Source: an uncultured Coriobacteriia bacterium (GTDB lineage Bacteria > Actinomycetota > Coriobacteriia > Anaerosomatales > PALSA-660). Taken from it: a stretch of DNA of 64,000 bases. Position 1 is the stretch's first letter; every line of letters begins with the position of its first letter. The stretch spans positions 867 to 64,866 of the forward strand of contig CAIKZH010000156.1 in assembly GCA_903831865.1 (NCBI GenBank). Reading direction: 5' to 3'. The notes beneath the pieces were generated by a model. It searched no databases. It was given only the letters and a program-made list of their open reading frames with translations, and was not told where the DNA came from. Below, in pieces: positions 1 to 9,405 of this stretch. Position numbers and translations under genes: made by a program.

Positions 1-244
1 TACCGTCATACGGCGGCAGTCAGGTCAAGCTCCTGTCTCGGTCCAAGCGACAGTAACCGAGGGCATCCAGAGGCCAGCCTCAGTGATCGCCACCACGACC
101 GTCACCACGACAACGCCATAGCCCTGTGCGTGTCGCGGTCATGTTGAACAGGGACATCGAGCAGAACGCCAGAAGGTAGACTGACCTGAGAGGGCGTGCG
201 CGTCTGTTCATGCCCAGCGCGTTCGGCGTACTGGGAGGTGTGCC

Positions 245-487
245 ATGGCATCGAGCGACATCGAGCGGCGGGTCACGCTCATCTGTCCGGTGTGCGGCGG
301 CGATCAGTTCGAGTCAGACGAGCACGACGACGCCGTGCCGGTCACCTGCGCGGCCTGCGGTCGCAAGTTCTCGCGAGATGAACTCACTCAGGCGAACCAC
401 GAGCGTATCGAGGCTGAGATTCACAAGATGGGTGAGCAGGCTCTCGAGGACGCCGCCAAAGACCTCAGGAAGCTGGGCTTCAAGTGA
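245..487 (+). CDS. Small zinc-ribbon protein (hypothetical)
   Basis: 80-aa ORF. GGAGG lies 6 nt upstream of the ATG. Two CxxC pairs (CPVC, CAAC). Strong G/C third-position bias. Stop overlaps the next start (GTGA). Confidence 0.7.
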   Translation: MASSDIERRVTLICPVCGGDQFESDEHDDAVPVTCAACGRKFSRDELTQANHERIEAEIHKMGEQALEDAAKDLRKLGFK

Positions 488-954
488 GGGACTTCTCGTT
501 CGGCGTCGGCGACGTGATTGCGGCATTGGCGCTGGTCTTGTCCATTGTTGCGACGGTCACGACGATGCGTTTCAACCGCAGGCAGAAGTCGCTGATCGCC
601 AGCCAAGATCTCCTCAACAGACGGCTTCTTGAGCGTGAGGAGAGCGACTCGGAAGCGGCTCGCCGAGCTGACTTGGGCGCGAACCTCGCCAAGGTGACTG
701 ATTCTAGGTGGCGGCTCAAGGTCTTCAATAGAGGGCGCTCGGCTGCTCGGAACATCACGGTCTCGACCGACGGTGACTTGCTGCTCCAAGACGACATTGA
801 CTCCAAGTTCCCGCTCGAGATCCTGGAGCCGCAGCAGGGCGTCGAGCTTCTCGCCAGAGTCCACTTGGGTTCAGCTAGCAAGCACGCCATCACGCTCAAC
901 TGGGATGACGACGCCCAAGAAGCCAACACGAAGACGGTGTACGTGACCGTGTAG
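484..954 (+). CDS. Membrane-anchored hypothetical protein
   Basis: 156 aa. GTG start overlaps the upstream stop. One N-terminal hydrophobic helix (VIAALALVLSIVATV), then a charged linker and a soluble domain. No family recognised. Confidence 0.6.
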   Translation: MRDFSFGVGDVIAALALVLSIVATVTTMRFNRRQKSLIASQDLLNRRLLEREESDSEAARRADLGANLAKVTDSRWRLKVFNRGRSAARNITVSTDGDLLLQDDIDSKFPLEILEPQQGVELLARVHLGSASKHAITLNWDDDAQEANTKTVYVTV

Positions 955-1203
955 TACTCCGAGTTTGAAGTGCAACGGCGCGGCTCTTGACGCACCGGGC
1001 GAGGTAACGGGTCGCGATCATCCTGGCCTCTTCTCGCCGACCCTGCCTGCCAGGCGCCCTTCTTCGCGCCCGATAATGGGCGTTTCGCGATGGCGAGACC
1101 CTTCGGTCGGTGTGACGAAACCCTGACAGCCCGGCCTTACCCTGGGACATGGGCGGACGTCAACCGCCATGCTGTGCGCCCGCCGACGCAGGCAGTGGTC
1201 GCG

Positions 1204-1560
1204 CTACGACGCGACGGGGGGACCCTCCAGCATCTCGGCCCCGATCTCAAACGCGCGCCTGATGCGGGGCCGCTGGAAGAAGTAGACCGGTACGGTGACA
1301 CCGGCGAGGAGCAGGACCCCCATAGCCCAGGCGAAGGGCGGCAGGCCGACCAGCCCCGAGACTCGATAGCCCTGCGGCACGGGACGGCGAAGCGACATCG
1401 CATCCATCAGCACCGCCGCACCCCACACGCCCAGGACAACAACGACGATGATCCATTCGGTGTTGACCACGGCTGCGACCAAGATGGCGGTCGCGAAGTA
1501 GGCCAGCAGCATACCGATCGCCGCCCAGCCATTCCCGCGACCGTAGTCCGGCTTGTCCAT
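1204..1560 (-). CDS. Small integral membrane protein (hypothetical)
   Basis: ORF 1204..1641 trimmed to the internal ATG (MDKPDYGRG...), which is preceded by GGAGA. About three hydrophobic helices. Confidence 0.6.
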   Translation of the reverse strand: MDKPDYGRGNGWAAIGMLLAYFATAILVAAVVNTEWIIVVVVLGVWGAAVLMDAMSLRRPVPQGYRVSGLVGLPPFAWAMGVLLLAGVTVPVYFFQRPRIRRAFEIGAEMLEGPPVAS

Positions 1561-1612
1561 CGCTTGTTGATCTCCTCGGAGACAGAACCCGATCGCCCCG
1601 GACTCGGAAAGG

Positions 1613-1855
1613 CTACTTCTTGGTGAGGTAGACCTCGCCATTGGCCGTTGAGACTTCGATGTTCTTCAGCCCGAGGTGTCCGATGGCCTTCTTCACGCTC
1701 ACGGACGCAGATGCCTTCGCGCCCTCGATCTTGGCGATCTTCACGTCGCTGCTGGCGAACTCCTCGACGAGCTCGACGTAGACACCTCTGCGCTGAGCCT
1801 TCGGGATCTCATGGACCGCCACGAGGATCGGCTTGGTTCTCTTGCCTCTGGGCAT
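1613..1855 (-). CDS. Hypothetical 80-aa protein
   Basis: ORF 1613..1948 trimmed to ATG (MPRGKRTKPILV...), with GGAGG upstream. High G/C third-position bias. No family recognised. Confidence 0.65.
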   Translation of the reverse strand: MPRGKRTKPILVAVHEIPKAQRRGVYVELVEEFASSDVKIAKIEGAKASASVSVKKAIGHLGLKNIEVSTANGEVYLTKK

Positions 1856-1986
1856 GTCAGGACCTCCTTGATCGGCATGCTCGATACGGTATCGGGATCC
1901 CCACGGCGTGACTCGTGGAGCCCGCCAAGGATAGCGCGGCGGGCACATCGCTTCGGGCTGTGACTCACGGTGGAGTCGAGCGGAGC

Positions 1987-2283
1987 CTAGCAGGGCGTGG
2001 CGTCTGGAGTGGCAAGCTGCGGCATCAGGCCGTACTCGGTGAGCCAGTAGGTGACGCCATCGATGACGGTCGGGAAGTAGCGAAGCCCATCTTGCTCGCC
2101 ACCGACAACCACTTCCGGCTGGCTGCCGTTGACTACCTTCGCCAGGAAGAAAGCCTTGGCGGTCTCGTCGATGTCACTGATGGGGTCCACGGAAGCATCG
2201 TACCGCGAGACTCGCGTCGCATCAGACGGCAGACGCCGCGCGCCTACCTGCTGCTCAACAGCAGGAGGTCCTTCGGCCTCCAT
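1987..2283 (-). CDS. Small conserved hypothetical protein (paralog of 46498..46725)
   Basis: Shares the block TA(K/R)AFFL.K...G..PE....GG..DG..YF.....G...LTE.GL with the 75-aa ORF at 46498..46725. The ATG at 2283 lies inside repeat copy 1. An alternative GTG start at 2190 would give a 67-aa product that aligns end-to-end with the paralog. Confidence 0.55.
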   Translation of the reverse strand: MEAEGPPAVEQQVGARRLPSDATRVSRYDASVDPISDIDETAKAFFLAKVVNGSQPEVVVGGEQDGLRYFPTVIDGVTYWLTEYGLMPQLATPDATPC

Positions 2284-2442
2284 ACGTTCTCTACATCCGG
2301 GACGCGCGGCCACCGCGGGCCCCGGGCATGATGTGGATACGGCCACGGACACAGCCGTTCATATCTCCTCCCCTCCCTGCAGGTCCTTTCCGGGACGCCC
2401 CTCCCGAGACGGGCCGACGCCGAACCCGAGGCGTTTCATTAT
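2277..2442. repeat. Copy 1 of a three-copy structured element (candidate sRNA or 5' leader)
   Basis: Aligns by eye with 45722-45903 and 46887-47068. Shared blocks are CATACGTTCTCTACATCCGGGAC, CATGATGTG, GCCGTTCATATCTCC, a C-rich tract and CAGGTCCT.TCCGGGACGCCCCTCCCGA. It has its own hairpin GACGCC/GGCGTT (2416-2435) followed by TTTCATTAT. Confidence 0.75.
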
Positions 2443-2470
2443 GTCCCCGCGAATCGAGCTAGGGTGGTGC

Positions 2471-5422
2471 CTACGGAAGACCCCAAAGCGAGCGGAATCG
2501 GGAACCGATCTGAGCCTGTAGGGCCTGGCTCTTCTGCTCGAGGCGCTCCCGCTCCCGACCCACAGCCGATTGGAGACTCATGCAAACCGAGATGAGGACG
2601 CGAGTATCGGCGGTGATGCCATCGTGGGCCTTCACGCTCTCAGCATCGCCGAAGTCAACCTTCGGAACGGGAAGATCCGCCACGACAGCACTCCCCCGGC
2701 TGAAATAGCCACCTCGGAACGGACTCCCTCTCTTGCGAAGAAAGAACTCGGCGGTGGGTTGATTCAGCAGCGCCAGAATGAACTCAAGCGAGTAGCCTCC
2801 CCTCGGACTGGCGATAGCGACCTCACCCGCAGTTCCGCCAGAGGCAAAGCCGACCCCCTGCAAGTCAATCCCGTACTTGTCCCCAAGCTGGTTGACGGAG
2901 TAGATGATCTTGTTTGGTCGAAAGGCGGTCGCCAATGCCTGGTGACGACCATATCGATAGAACTCCCCCTCGGCGGGGGGCGGAGAAACGCTGCGCTGCT
3001 CGAGGCGTGTTCGATATGCCGATAGGTAGAGCCATGCCCCAGGAAACTCGGCCTGCAACCGCTCGGGGGGAATCGGGACCGCCTCGCCGTTGTCTCCGTA
3101 TTCATACGGGAAGATGACAAGGGCATCAGGTTCCACAGGCAAGTAGGAGTGGATACGAGCGGCCGAGTCCATCAGATAGGGTCTGACTAGCGCTTCCTCG
3201 ACATTCCAAGTCCGGCCATCCCGCTCGAACACGATTGAGCCGCCCAAGGATGTCCACTTCGATATCGGGAACACGTCCTCAGCGCTGGTCTGTATGCCGT
3301 TCACAACGTCCGCGATGTCGCCGAGTCTTTCCGAACCCGAGTGGAGAACCGATAGCATGAGCCGCTCCTCGGGTGTCGAAGGAAGCACCCAAGCCTTCCC
3401 GCCAAGGTCACGAATCAAGTCGTTGTCGAGCGCCATTCCCTTGTCGCTCGGACTCGCAAGCCAAGTCACGTAGTCATCAACCCGCCGGTAGCAGACCAAG
3501 GCCCGGGGCGTTTGGGAAAGGACCAAGCAGCAGACATAGGTCGATCGGTTGTGGAACAACAGCTCATTTCCGAAGTCGACTATTTCCGCAACTACGCCCT
3601 TGCGCGCCAGAAGTTGGCGGATCTTCATCCCTGACTCGATGGTCATCCACTTATTCGGCACAACCATTCCCAAAAGGCCCCCCTCCCTGAGCACGGAGAG
3701 TCCCTTCTCGATGAAGACGAAGTACTTGTCGAATTGTCGATAGGGTGTCGAGTAGGTCGACCTGTAGTAGTCGAACTCCCCCAGGCACCTCGTCTTCATC
3801 TCCTCCGTCTTCATGTACGGTGGGTTGCCCACGACGGCGTCGAAGTTCTCGGCCAGGCTCGTGGCCTGCCAGTCGAGCGGTCGAACGAGGTCCATGCTGG
3901 GCTCATCTTTGTAGTCCGGGCCGACAACCGAGTTACCCCAGACCACGTTGGTATCGAGGTTCGGAAGGATCTTTCGGCCTGGAGGGAGAGTCCCGTGTCT
4001 CTCATCCTCGAGGAGTTTCACCAGCAGACTGAACCTGGCCACCTCGACCGCCGTGTAGTCGATATCAACACCGTAGAGACATGCCTTCAGCAGTTCGCAC
4101 TTCACGGCGAAGCGGAGCCGATAGTCGTTCTCAGGCCGACGGTAGACTGCGACTGAGTCGCCCACACGCTTGAAATAGGCAATTGAAGCGTCAACAAGCT
4201 CGTCGAAAGCGCGAAGGAGGAATCGGCCCGAGCCGACGGCGATGTCTACGATGCGAAGTGCCTTGATGTCGTCATACGAGAGTCCCCCTTCGGGGATGAG
4301 CCCAGAGACTGCCCTCCGAACAATCTCATCCACCAGAGGCTGGGGTGTGGTGACAATCTCCCTGCCCTCGTAAGCAGGCTTGTCCTCCAGGACGATGGGC
4401 CCAGCTGGTCCGCCAGCAAGACGCTTGACCAAGAAGTACTCGTATACCTGGCCCAGGAAGTTCGCATCCAGCACGCTGAAGCTGTATGGCGCCCTAGGAA
4501 GGTAGAGCTCCTCAACGATCTCGAGGAATACGGAAGAGGCCAGCGCGTATTGAGTCTGGATCGGGTCGCGGCCGACATCGAAGAGCCCGGTATTGTATCG
4601 ATCGTCCATTCCCTCAAAGAACCGCCGGATTTCCACCAGATCCTGGCCCTCGGCCACCGAGCGAAGTCTTCCCTCCCCCTCGATTCCGCGATCTTCACAC
4701 ATCCGAACGAAGACCACTCGGTTGATAACCTTCTGGGCCAAGTCATTCACTTCGTCGGCGTGGAGATGTGCATATCTGGCCCATAGGTCCTCAGCAATCT
4801 TGAGGCGCCAGTCGTTCAGTCGATCCATGAACATCTTGTCAATGGGGATAGCATCTCCGGCAGCTGCGCCGAACTTGGTATCAAGAGAACCCTGGGCCAC
4901 AGCCTCCCTTCCGAAGAGCGCGAGAAGCTCATCGAACCTCGACACGAGGTCCTCGCAAGGTATCTCCATGAGCAGACCGACGTTCGCATCGTCGGTCACT
5001 TCTGGAGCGGCGTGAGTGTCGTAGACCCTGAAGTCTCGGAAGTTGGTCAATACCGAAACTGGCAGACCGCCGGTCCAACCGTAGCTACGGACCTGAAAGG
5101 CGCTCTCGCGACTTGTTCGGATGTCAACAGACGGCTTCTTCGCCTCGACGAAGAACCTGCGTACGGATTCAATCCGAAACGTGTAGTCAGGCCTCTTGGC
5201 TGACGTCTCAGTGGGCTGCGACTCCTCCCGGACGACGTCCTTGAGGCTGTTTGGTGCGCCGTGCCCGTTCTCCATGTCCCAGTCGAGGGCCTTGAACAAG
5301 GGATCAATGAACTCCACCCGGGCCTCAGTCTCCGTGTAGCCCAAAGCGGTCGAACAGTATCGATCCTGCTCCGCAAGAAACACCGCCACGCGATCTGCCA
5401 CCACTTGTTTCGCTGTCTCCAC
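2471..5422 (-). CDS. Type IIG restriction enzyme / N6-adenine DNA methyltransferase fusion (Eco57I-like)
   Basis: N-terminal PD-(D/E)xK-like motif (RPDY...VEAKK). SAM motif I (VDIAVGSGRF). Motif IV NPPY (VGNPPYM). Long C-terminal specificity region. Start placed at GTG 5422, which has a G-run upstream and lies 17 nt after the upstream stop. The ATG at 5521 would overlap the upstream gene by 83 nt. Confidence 0.85.
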   Translation of the reverse strand: METAKQVVADRVAVFLAEQDRYCSTALGYTETEARVEFIDPLFKALDWDMENGHGAPNSLKDVVREESQPTETSAKRPDYTFRIESVRRFFVEAKKPSVDIRTSRESAFQVRSYGWTGGLPVSVLTNFRDFRVYDTHAAPEVTDDANVGLLMEIPCEDLVSRFDELLALFGREAVAQGSLDTKFGAAAGDAIPIDKMFMDRLNDWRLKIAEDLWARYAHLHADEVNDLAQKVINRVVFVRMCEDRGIEGEGRLRSVAEGQDLVEIRRFFEGMDDRYNTGLFDVGRDPIQTQYALASSVFLEIVEELYLPRAPYSFSVLDANFLGQVYEYFLVKRLAGGPAGPIVLEDKPAYEGREIVTTPQPLVDEIVRRAVSGLIPEGGLSYDDIKALRIVDIAVGSGRFLLRAFDELVDASIAYFKRVGDSVAVYRRPENDYRLRFAVKCELLKACLYGVDIDYTAVEVARFSLLVKLLEDERHGTLPPGRKILPNLDTNVVWGNSVVGPDYKDEPSMDLVRPLDWQATSLAENFDAVVGNPPYMKTEEMKTRCLGEFDYYRSTYSTPYRQFDKYFVFIEKGLSVLREGGLLGMVVPNKWMTIESGMKIRQLLARKGVVAEIVDFGNELLFHNRSTYVCCLVLSQTPRALVCYRRVDDYVTWLASPSDKGMALDNDLIRDLGGKAWVLPSTPEERLMLSVLHSGSERLGDIADVVNGIQTSAEDVFPISKWTSLGGSIVFERDGRTWNVEEALVRPYLMDSAARIHSYLPVEPDALVIFPYEYGDNGEAVPIPPERLQAEFPGAWLYLSAYRTRLEQRSVSPPPAEGEFYRYGRHQALATAFRPNKIIYSVNQLGDKYGIDLQGVGFASGGTAGEVAIASPRGGYSLEFILALLNQPTAEFFLRKRGSPFRGGYFSRGSAVVADLPVPKVDFGDAESVKAHDGITADTRVLISVCMSLQSAVGRERERLEQKSQALQAQIGSRFRSLWGLP

Positions 5423-5438
5423 GTTCCCCCCGAGTGGC

Positions 5439-7109
5439 CTACTGCTCGACACCCGTCCGCAGTCTCCTGTGCCGCAATCGGCTCCACGCTTGGTGAATGA
5501 CTTCGCGTTCATGTTGTCCAAGACCTACCGCCCGCAGCACCACTTCGTCCTGCTCGACCAGTATTTGGTCCGCTTCCTCGTGTGAGCGTATCCGTCTGTC
5601 GAGATCCGCCAAGCGTCCGGCCCGCGGCTCCACGGCGGGGATGACAAGTCGCTCTATCTCAGACGGGACCAGTTCCAGGACCCCCCCACCGTAGTGCCTG
5701 CCTTCGAGCTCCGCCGTCAGTGCGGTCAGACTGTTCACGAATGAGTAGACGAGCGCCTCGAGAGACGGCGCTTCGGCCTTCGGCTTGATTCGATAGGCTG
5801 TGTCGGTCGTGTAGGCCCCCGCGGTGTTCAGGATGAGGCGGGGGAACACGCTTGACCGCTTCAGCATACCGATTGGCGTCGCATAGACAGACGGGACCGA
5901 GTACCACGGTTCTCGAATCCTGCACTTGTAGCGCTGCGGCAGCCCCTGCGCCTCACCGCGGGCAATGTACGCCTTCGGGCCCTCCGCAAGACTCTCGCTG
6001 GGTTGCGTCCCGAGGGCAACGAAGTTCGCCGGGAGCCCTCGTGCCCGATTAGCTTCGTGCATGGAATCGTCGTAGATGACTCCAGGGCAGTGTTCGCTCC
6101 GTCCGAACATCGGCGCAGTGAACTCCCCGAGGCCGTACTGGCTAACGACACTGTCGTTGACCAAGAAGAACGCATTCGCACCCGTGACGATTCCTACGTC
6201 GACGGTCGCAACATCCCTGAACGCACGCACTCCTGGAAGTTCGATGGCGCTGTCCAAGACCCGGAGTTCATCTGGCGACAAGAGAACCCTCATCCACTTT
6301 CCGCGCAGGACATCCCCGGACAGATACTGGGCATCTCTGAAGACTGGCACAGGGTCCCTGTCCAAGAACGCGTTGTCTGACATAGGGAGCACGCAGACGC
6401 CTTCGGATGCCTCGCCGTCGGTGCGCTTCTTTTCGAGAAGCAGGAGCACCGTCCCTTGTAGGGACTTGTCGAACAGCAGTTGTGCAGGGTCGATGACCAG
6501 AATCCTCTGGCATTGAGCAACTAAGAACTCGCGCAGCGACCCAGCGTGCAGGATATGGAGAATCTCGGCCGGGATGACCATTGCAAGCCGGCCACCGGCC
6601 TCGAGGAGTCCAACGCTGGCAATCACGAACGGCACCCAAGCGTTCGTGTGGCGGGTAAACCGAAGGCTCTGGCGAGCGAAGATCTGCTCCGAGAGCACTT
6701 GGTCTCTTGGTTCGAGGTACTGGTATCGGACATAGGGGGGATTGCCGAGAATGCCACCGAACGTTGCCCCGGCAGACATAGCGTCAAGACTCCACTCGAG
6801 GAAGTCGGCCGTCAGAACATCAGCATTCGCTGCCCAGCCATCGACTGCACGGCGTGACTTAGCCGCTTCCTCCGGCAGCCGCTCCACTCCCAGGAAGTCC
6901 ACATCCTGACGGCCCAGTTCGCGGACTGCCGTGATGAACGCCCCGTCTCCACAACTCGGCTCCAGCAGCGAGGAGGGCCGCGCGCTCAAGACCCACCGCG
7001 CTAGGAAGCGAGCTATCACGTGAGGCGTGTAGTAGCCGCCCCGCAGCTTGGTCGTCGATTCCTCTGCCTTGAATCTCGTGGCCGATCTCCCTGTCAGATG
7101 AGCGCACAC
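5439..7109 (-). CDS. Stand-alone N6-adenine DNA methyltransferase (gamma class, TaqI/Eco57I-M-like)
   Basis: 556 aa. Motif I EPSCGDGAF. Motif IV GNPPY. C-terminal target-recognition-type region. Sits immediately upstream of the Type IIG gene on the same strand. Confidence 0.85.
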   Translation of the reverse strand: MCAHLTGRSATRFKAEESTTKLRGGYYTPHVIARFLARWVLSARPSSLLEPSCGDGAFITAVRELGRQDVDFLGVERLPEEAAKSRRAVDGWAANADVLTADFLEWSLDAMSAGATFGGILGNPPYVRYQYLEPRDQVLSEQIFARQSLRFTRHTNAWVPFVIASVGLLEAGGRLAMVIPAEILHILHAGSLREFLVAQCQRILVIDPAQLLFDKSLQGTVLLLLEKKRTDGEASEGVCVLPMSDNAFLDRDPVPVFRDAQYLSGDVLRGKWMRVLLSPDELRVLDSAIELPGVRAFRDVATVDVGIVTGANAFFLVNDSVVSQYGLGEFTAPMFGRSEHCPGVIYDDSMHEANRARGLPANFVALGTQPSESLAEGPKAYIARGEAQGLPQRYKCRIREPWYSVPSVYATPIGMLKRSSVFPRLILNTAGAYTTDTAYRIKPKAEAPSLEALVYSFVNSLTALTAELEGRHYGGGVLELVPSEIERLVIPAVEPRAGRLADLDRRIRSHEEADQILVEQDEVVLRAVGLGQHEREVIHQAWSRLRHRRLRTGVEQ

Positions 7110-7235
7110 TCAGGTCAGTTTGGGCAAGGCTCACCGCGGAGCCGTCCGGGACTCGAACGCGACCCAAGTTCCTGCAGTCCGCCGATGGTTGGGCGGGTCC
7201 TGACCTTGACCTGCCCCCGATCGCTGGTCCACTTC

Positions 7236-7777
7236 CTATGATAGAGCGGGCGCGGGCTTTCGTCGTGTCGAGCCGCGCACGACCCATAGCTGGATCGCGG
7301 CGTCGAGAAGATGCTTGTCCGGGTCGTACTTCGAGGTCGACGTCACCTCGTTGATCGCGAACGTGCCGTCGAACAGGCGCTCCAAGACGTCCACCCGCAC
7401 TCTCACACCGCCGTGAGTGAAGGCAGCCTCGTGCACGACACTTGCACCCGCAGAAAGGGCCCCTCGGTTGCCGCGAGAGCGGTGTCGTGCTGGGTCGGGT
7501 CCTCACTTATGCGGCCCGGTGCCTGTCCTGCGACCTGCAGGCGTCGGTCCCATCGTTGGCGGGCGTACTGTCCAGTCTCGTGTCCGGCGGCGAGAAGCGC
7601 CTTCATGAACTCGTCGAACTCGGCCCGAGGAGCGTCGGTGCGCACGTCGAGCCAGACGTAGAGCGGGCACTGCATGCCATGCACGAGCCGGGTCTTCGAC
7701 AACGAGGCCGAGGGCGCTAGGGACTTGACGGCAAGGTCGCTCTTCATCGTGGCGCTTCCTTCGGCTTCTGAGCTCAC
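7236..7777 (-). pseudogene. Frameshifted and truncated DUF2779-like PD-(D/E)xK nuclease gene
   Basis: Two overlapping ORFs in different frames (7403..7777 and 7236..7436) together read LSKTRLVHGMQCPLYVWL...HEAAF..GVRVRVDVLER..DGTF.INEVTSTS...DAAIQLWV. This resembles the DUF2779 N-terminal half. The protein stops after about 180 aa, just before the methyltransferase gene. Confidence 0.55.
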
Positions 7778-7989
7778 ACCGCTGGTCCTTCGTCGATCTG
7801 AGAACCAGTCTACTCACGAGCCCTGACGCACACCCCTCGGTCGGCTATTCACGAGTCCCAGGACCGTCAAGGCAGACCGGGGGCAGGTCCGCCGAGCCGT
7901 GTCTGCCGCTATCTGTCGGGGAACGCATGAGTGAGGGGGCTTGTCCCTAGGCGTTCGCCTGTGCAAGAGACCTGCGAAAGGGGTCACCA

Positions 7990-8550
7990 ATGTCCGAGAA
8001 CGCACTTTCCGAACCTTGGCTCGGCCTAATGGAGCGGCTCGACTCCGATGTGGCCGACGTGCGCTACTGGGCGGTCTCCGAGGCCGGGAGTCGCGCCGTG
8101 GTCGGGCAGGTACTGCCCCGAGCTGTGAAGGACAAGCTCGTCGACCTGCTCAGCAATCCGTCGGGGGACGTGCGCGCCGATGCATGCTGGGCACTGGGGC
8201 AAGGCGGGGCCACCTGGGCGGTCGCCGACATCGAGGATCGGTTGCGCGACGAAGAGGAAACGCCGGGCGTCAAGGCTCGTGCCGTCGAGGCCCTGCGCGA
8301 ACTCAAGGCCACCGGCTCCGCGAAGCTGGTGCTCCCGCTGCTGCACTCACCTGAGGCGGACCTGCAAACGGCAGTGATACAGGCCGTTGGCTTTTTCGGG
8401 GTCAGCGAGGCGGTCCCCGAGCTGATCACCTTGATGTACTCGGAGAATGGTTGGATCTCCGACAACGCGGTGGATGCCCTGGCGGCGATCGGCGGGTCTG
8501 ACGCCGAGTCGGCTGTCTCCGAGTTCCGAGCGAAGATTGGAGACGAGTAG
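7990..8550 (+). CDS. HEAT-repeat protein (PBS-lyase HEAT-like repeats)
   Basis: 186 aa. AAAGGGG upstream of the ATG. Repeated D(V/L)R..A..ALG helical-repeat units (DVRYWAVSEAG, DVRADACWALGQ, VKARAVEALREL, LQTAVIQAVGFFG, NAVDALAAIG). Confidence 0.75.
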   Translation: MSENALSEPWLGLMERLDSDVADVRYWAVSEAGSRAVVGQVLPRAVKDKLVDLLSNPSGDVRADACWALGQGGATWAVADIEDRLRDEEETPGVKARAVEALRELKATGSAKLVLPLLHSPEADLQTAVIQAVGFFGVSEAVPELITLMYSENGWISDNAVDALAAIGGSDAESAVSEFRAKIGDE

Positions 8551-8781
8551 TGTCCCGCCTCGTGCGCATCGTGGCGAGAACGGCTGTGTGACCGCGCGAA
8601 CGATCGCAGGCGGAGGCGTCCGGCGCTCTCGATGTCAGGCCCCTGTGCGTATACTCTCCTCAGCAACTTGCCGCCATCGAGGGCGGCACGCGGGATTTGA
8701 AGAGCAGCTTGCAGCCGCGTAACCAACTGCTAAAGCGCCACGGGTGCACCCGTGGCACGCCTCTTCCGAAAGGAGAGGGCC

Positions 8782-9405
8782 ATGAAGAGTACCCACTCCG
8801 TACTGATTCCTTGCCCCGTCTGCTCAGGAACGCAGCTCACCCACGGGCTCGGCAATCCCGTCCTCGATCCGCCCTACGCGCCGTTCGGCGCGGTTTGGGG
8901 CTGCGCCGAGGGCTCACCGATCGGTGTCCTTCGCACACGCGGCCACGACTGGCGCTTCGACAAGTGGAGCGTGGACGGACCGGTGCTGTGGCGCTGCCGG
9001 ATGTGCAACGCCGTCGCCAAGATGGTGTCGCGCGAGTCGTTTCGTGCGTCCGCGACCAAGCCTCACGCGGTAATCATGGCAAAGGTCACCGCCAACCGGC
9101 TCGCGAGCGGGCAGACGCCGATCGCGCCCTGCGATGTGTGCGGCGGCCTGGGTGCGGTGCTGGCTCCAACTGACGGCGAGATGTCGGGCGATGGGAGCGA
9201 TCCGCGGTGCCCCATCTGCTGCAAGAGCGACCGCATTGTGCTCGTCGTGCCCGCCGACGAGAACCTGGACGTCGAGACGCTGGAGCGCGCCGCGTTCGGT
9301 GAAGTCGTCCTTGCCCGGGACATCGATCCCTCGACGCACTACTGCGGCCGCTGCGACCTCCGGTTCCTTGTCTTGCCCTGCTCCCCGGAGGCGGGACTGC
9401 GATGA
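8782..9405 (+). CDS. Cys-rich multi-zinc-ribbon protein with DnaJ-type CxxCxGxG motif
   Basis: ORF 8752..9405 trimmed to ATG 8782 (AAAGGAGAGGG upstream). Five CxxC pairs (CPVCSG, CRMC, CDVCGGLG, CPICC, CGRC). Stop overlaps the next start (ATGA). Confidence 0.6.
   Translation: MKSTHSVLIPCPVCSGTQLTHGLGNPVLDPPYAPFGAVWGCAEGSPIGVLRTRGHDWRFDKWSVDGPVLWRCRMCNAVAKMVSRESFRASATKPHAVIMAKVTANRLASGQTPIAPCDVCGGLGAVLAPTDGEMSGDGSDPRCPICCKSDRIVLVVPADENLDVETLERAAFGEVVLARDIDPSTHYCGRCDLRFLVLPCSPEAGLR

Noticed and set aside
2277-2442. Assigning the three-copy element to a known class (c-di-GMP riboswitch, guanidine/ykkC-type, 6C sRNA, group II intron domain, MITE).
   Set aside because: Compared from memory with the consensus features of these families. 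None fits: there is no GEMM-type tetraloop/receptor pattern, no ACGR loops, no terminal inverted repeats and no D5-like hairpin. The C-rich tracts are only loosely 6C-like. No assignment can be supported without cmscan.
7127-7215. tRNA-like T-loop (GGGTCGCGTTCGAGTCCC on the minus strand) just upstream of the methyltransferase gene.
   Set aside because: The T-stem has a T-T mismatch and an 8-nt loop. There is no acceptor stem with NCCA, no anticodon arm and no D-arm. This is probably a chance match.
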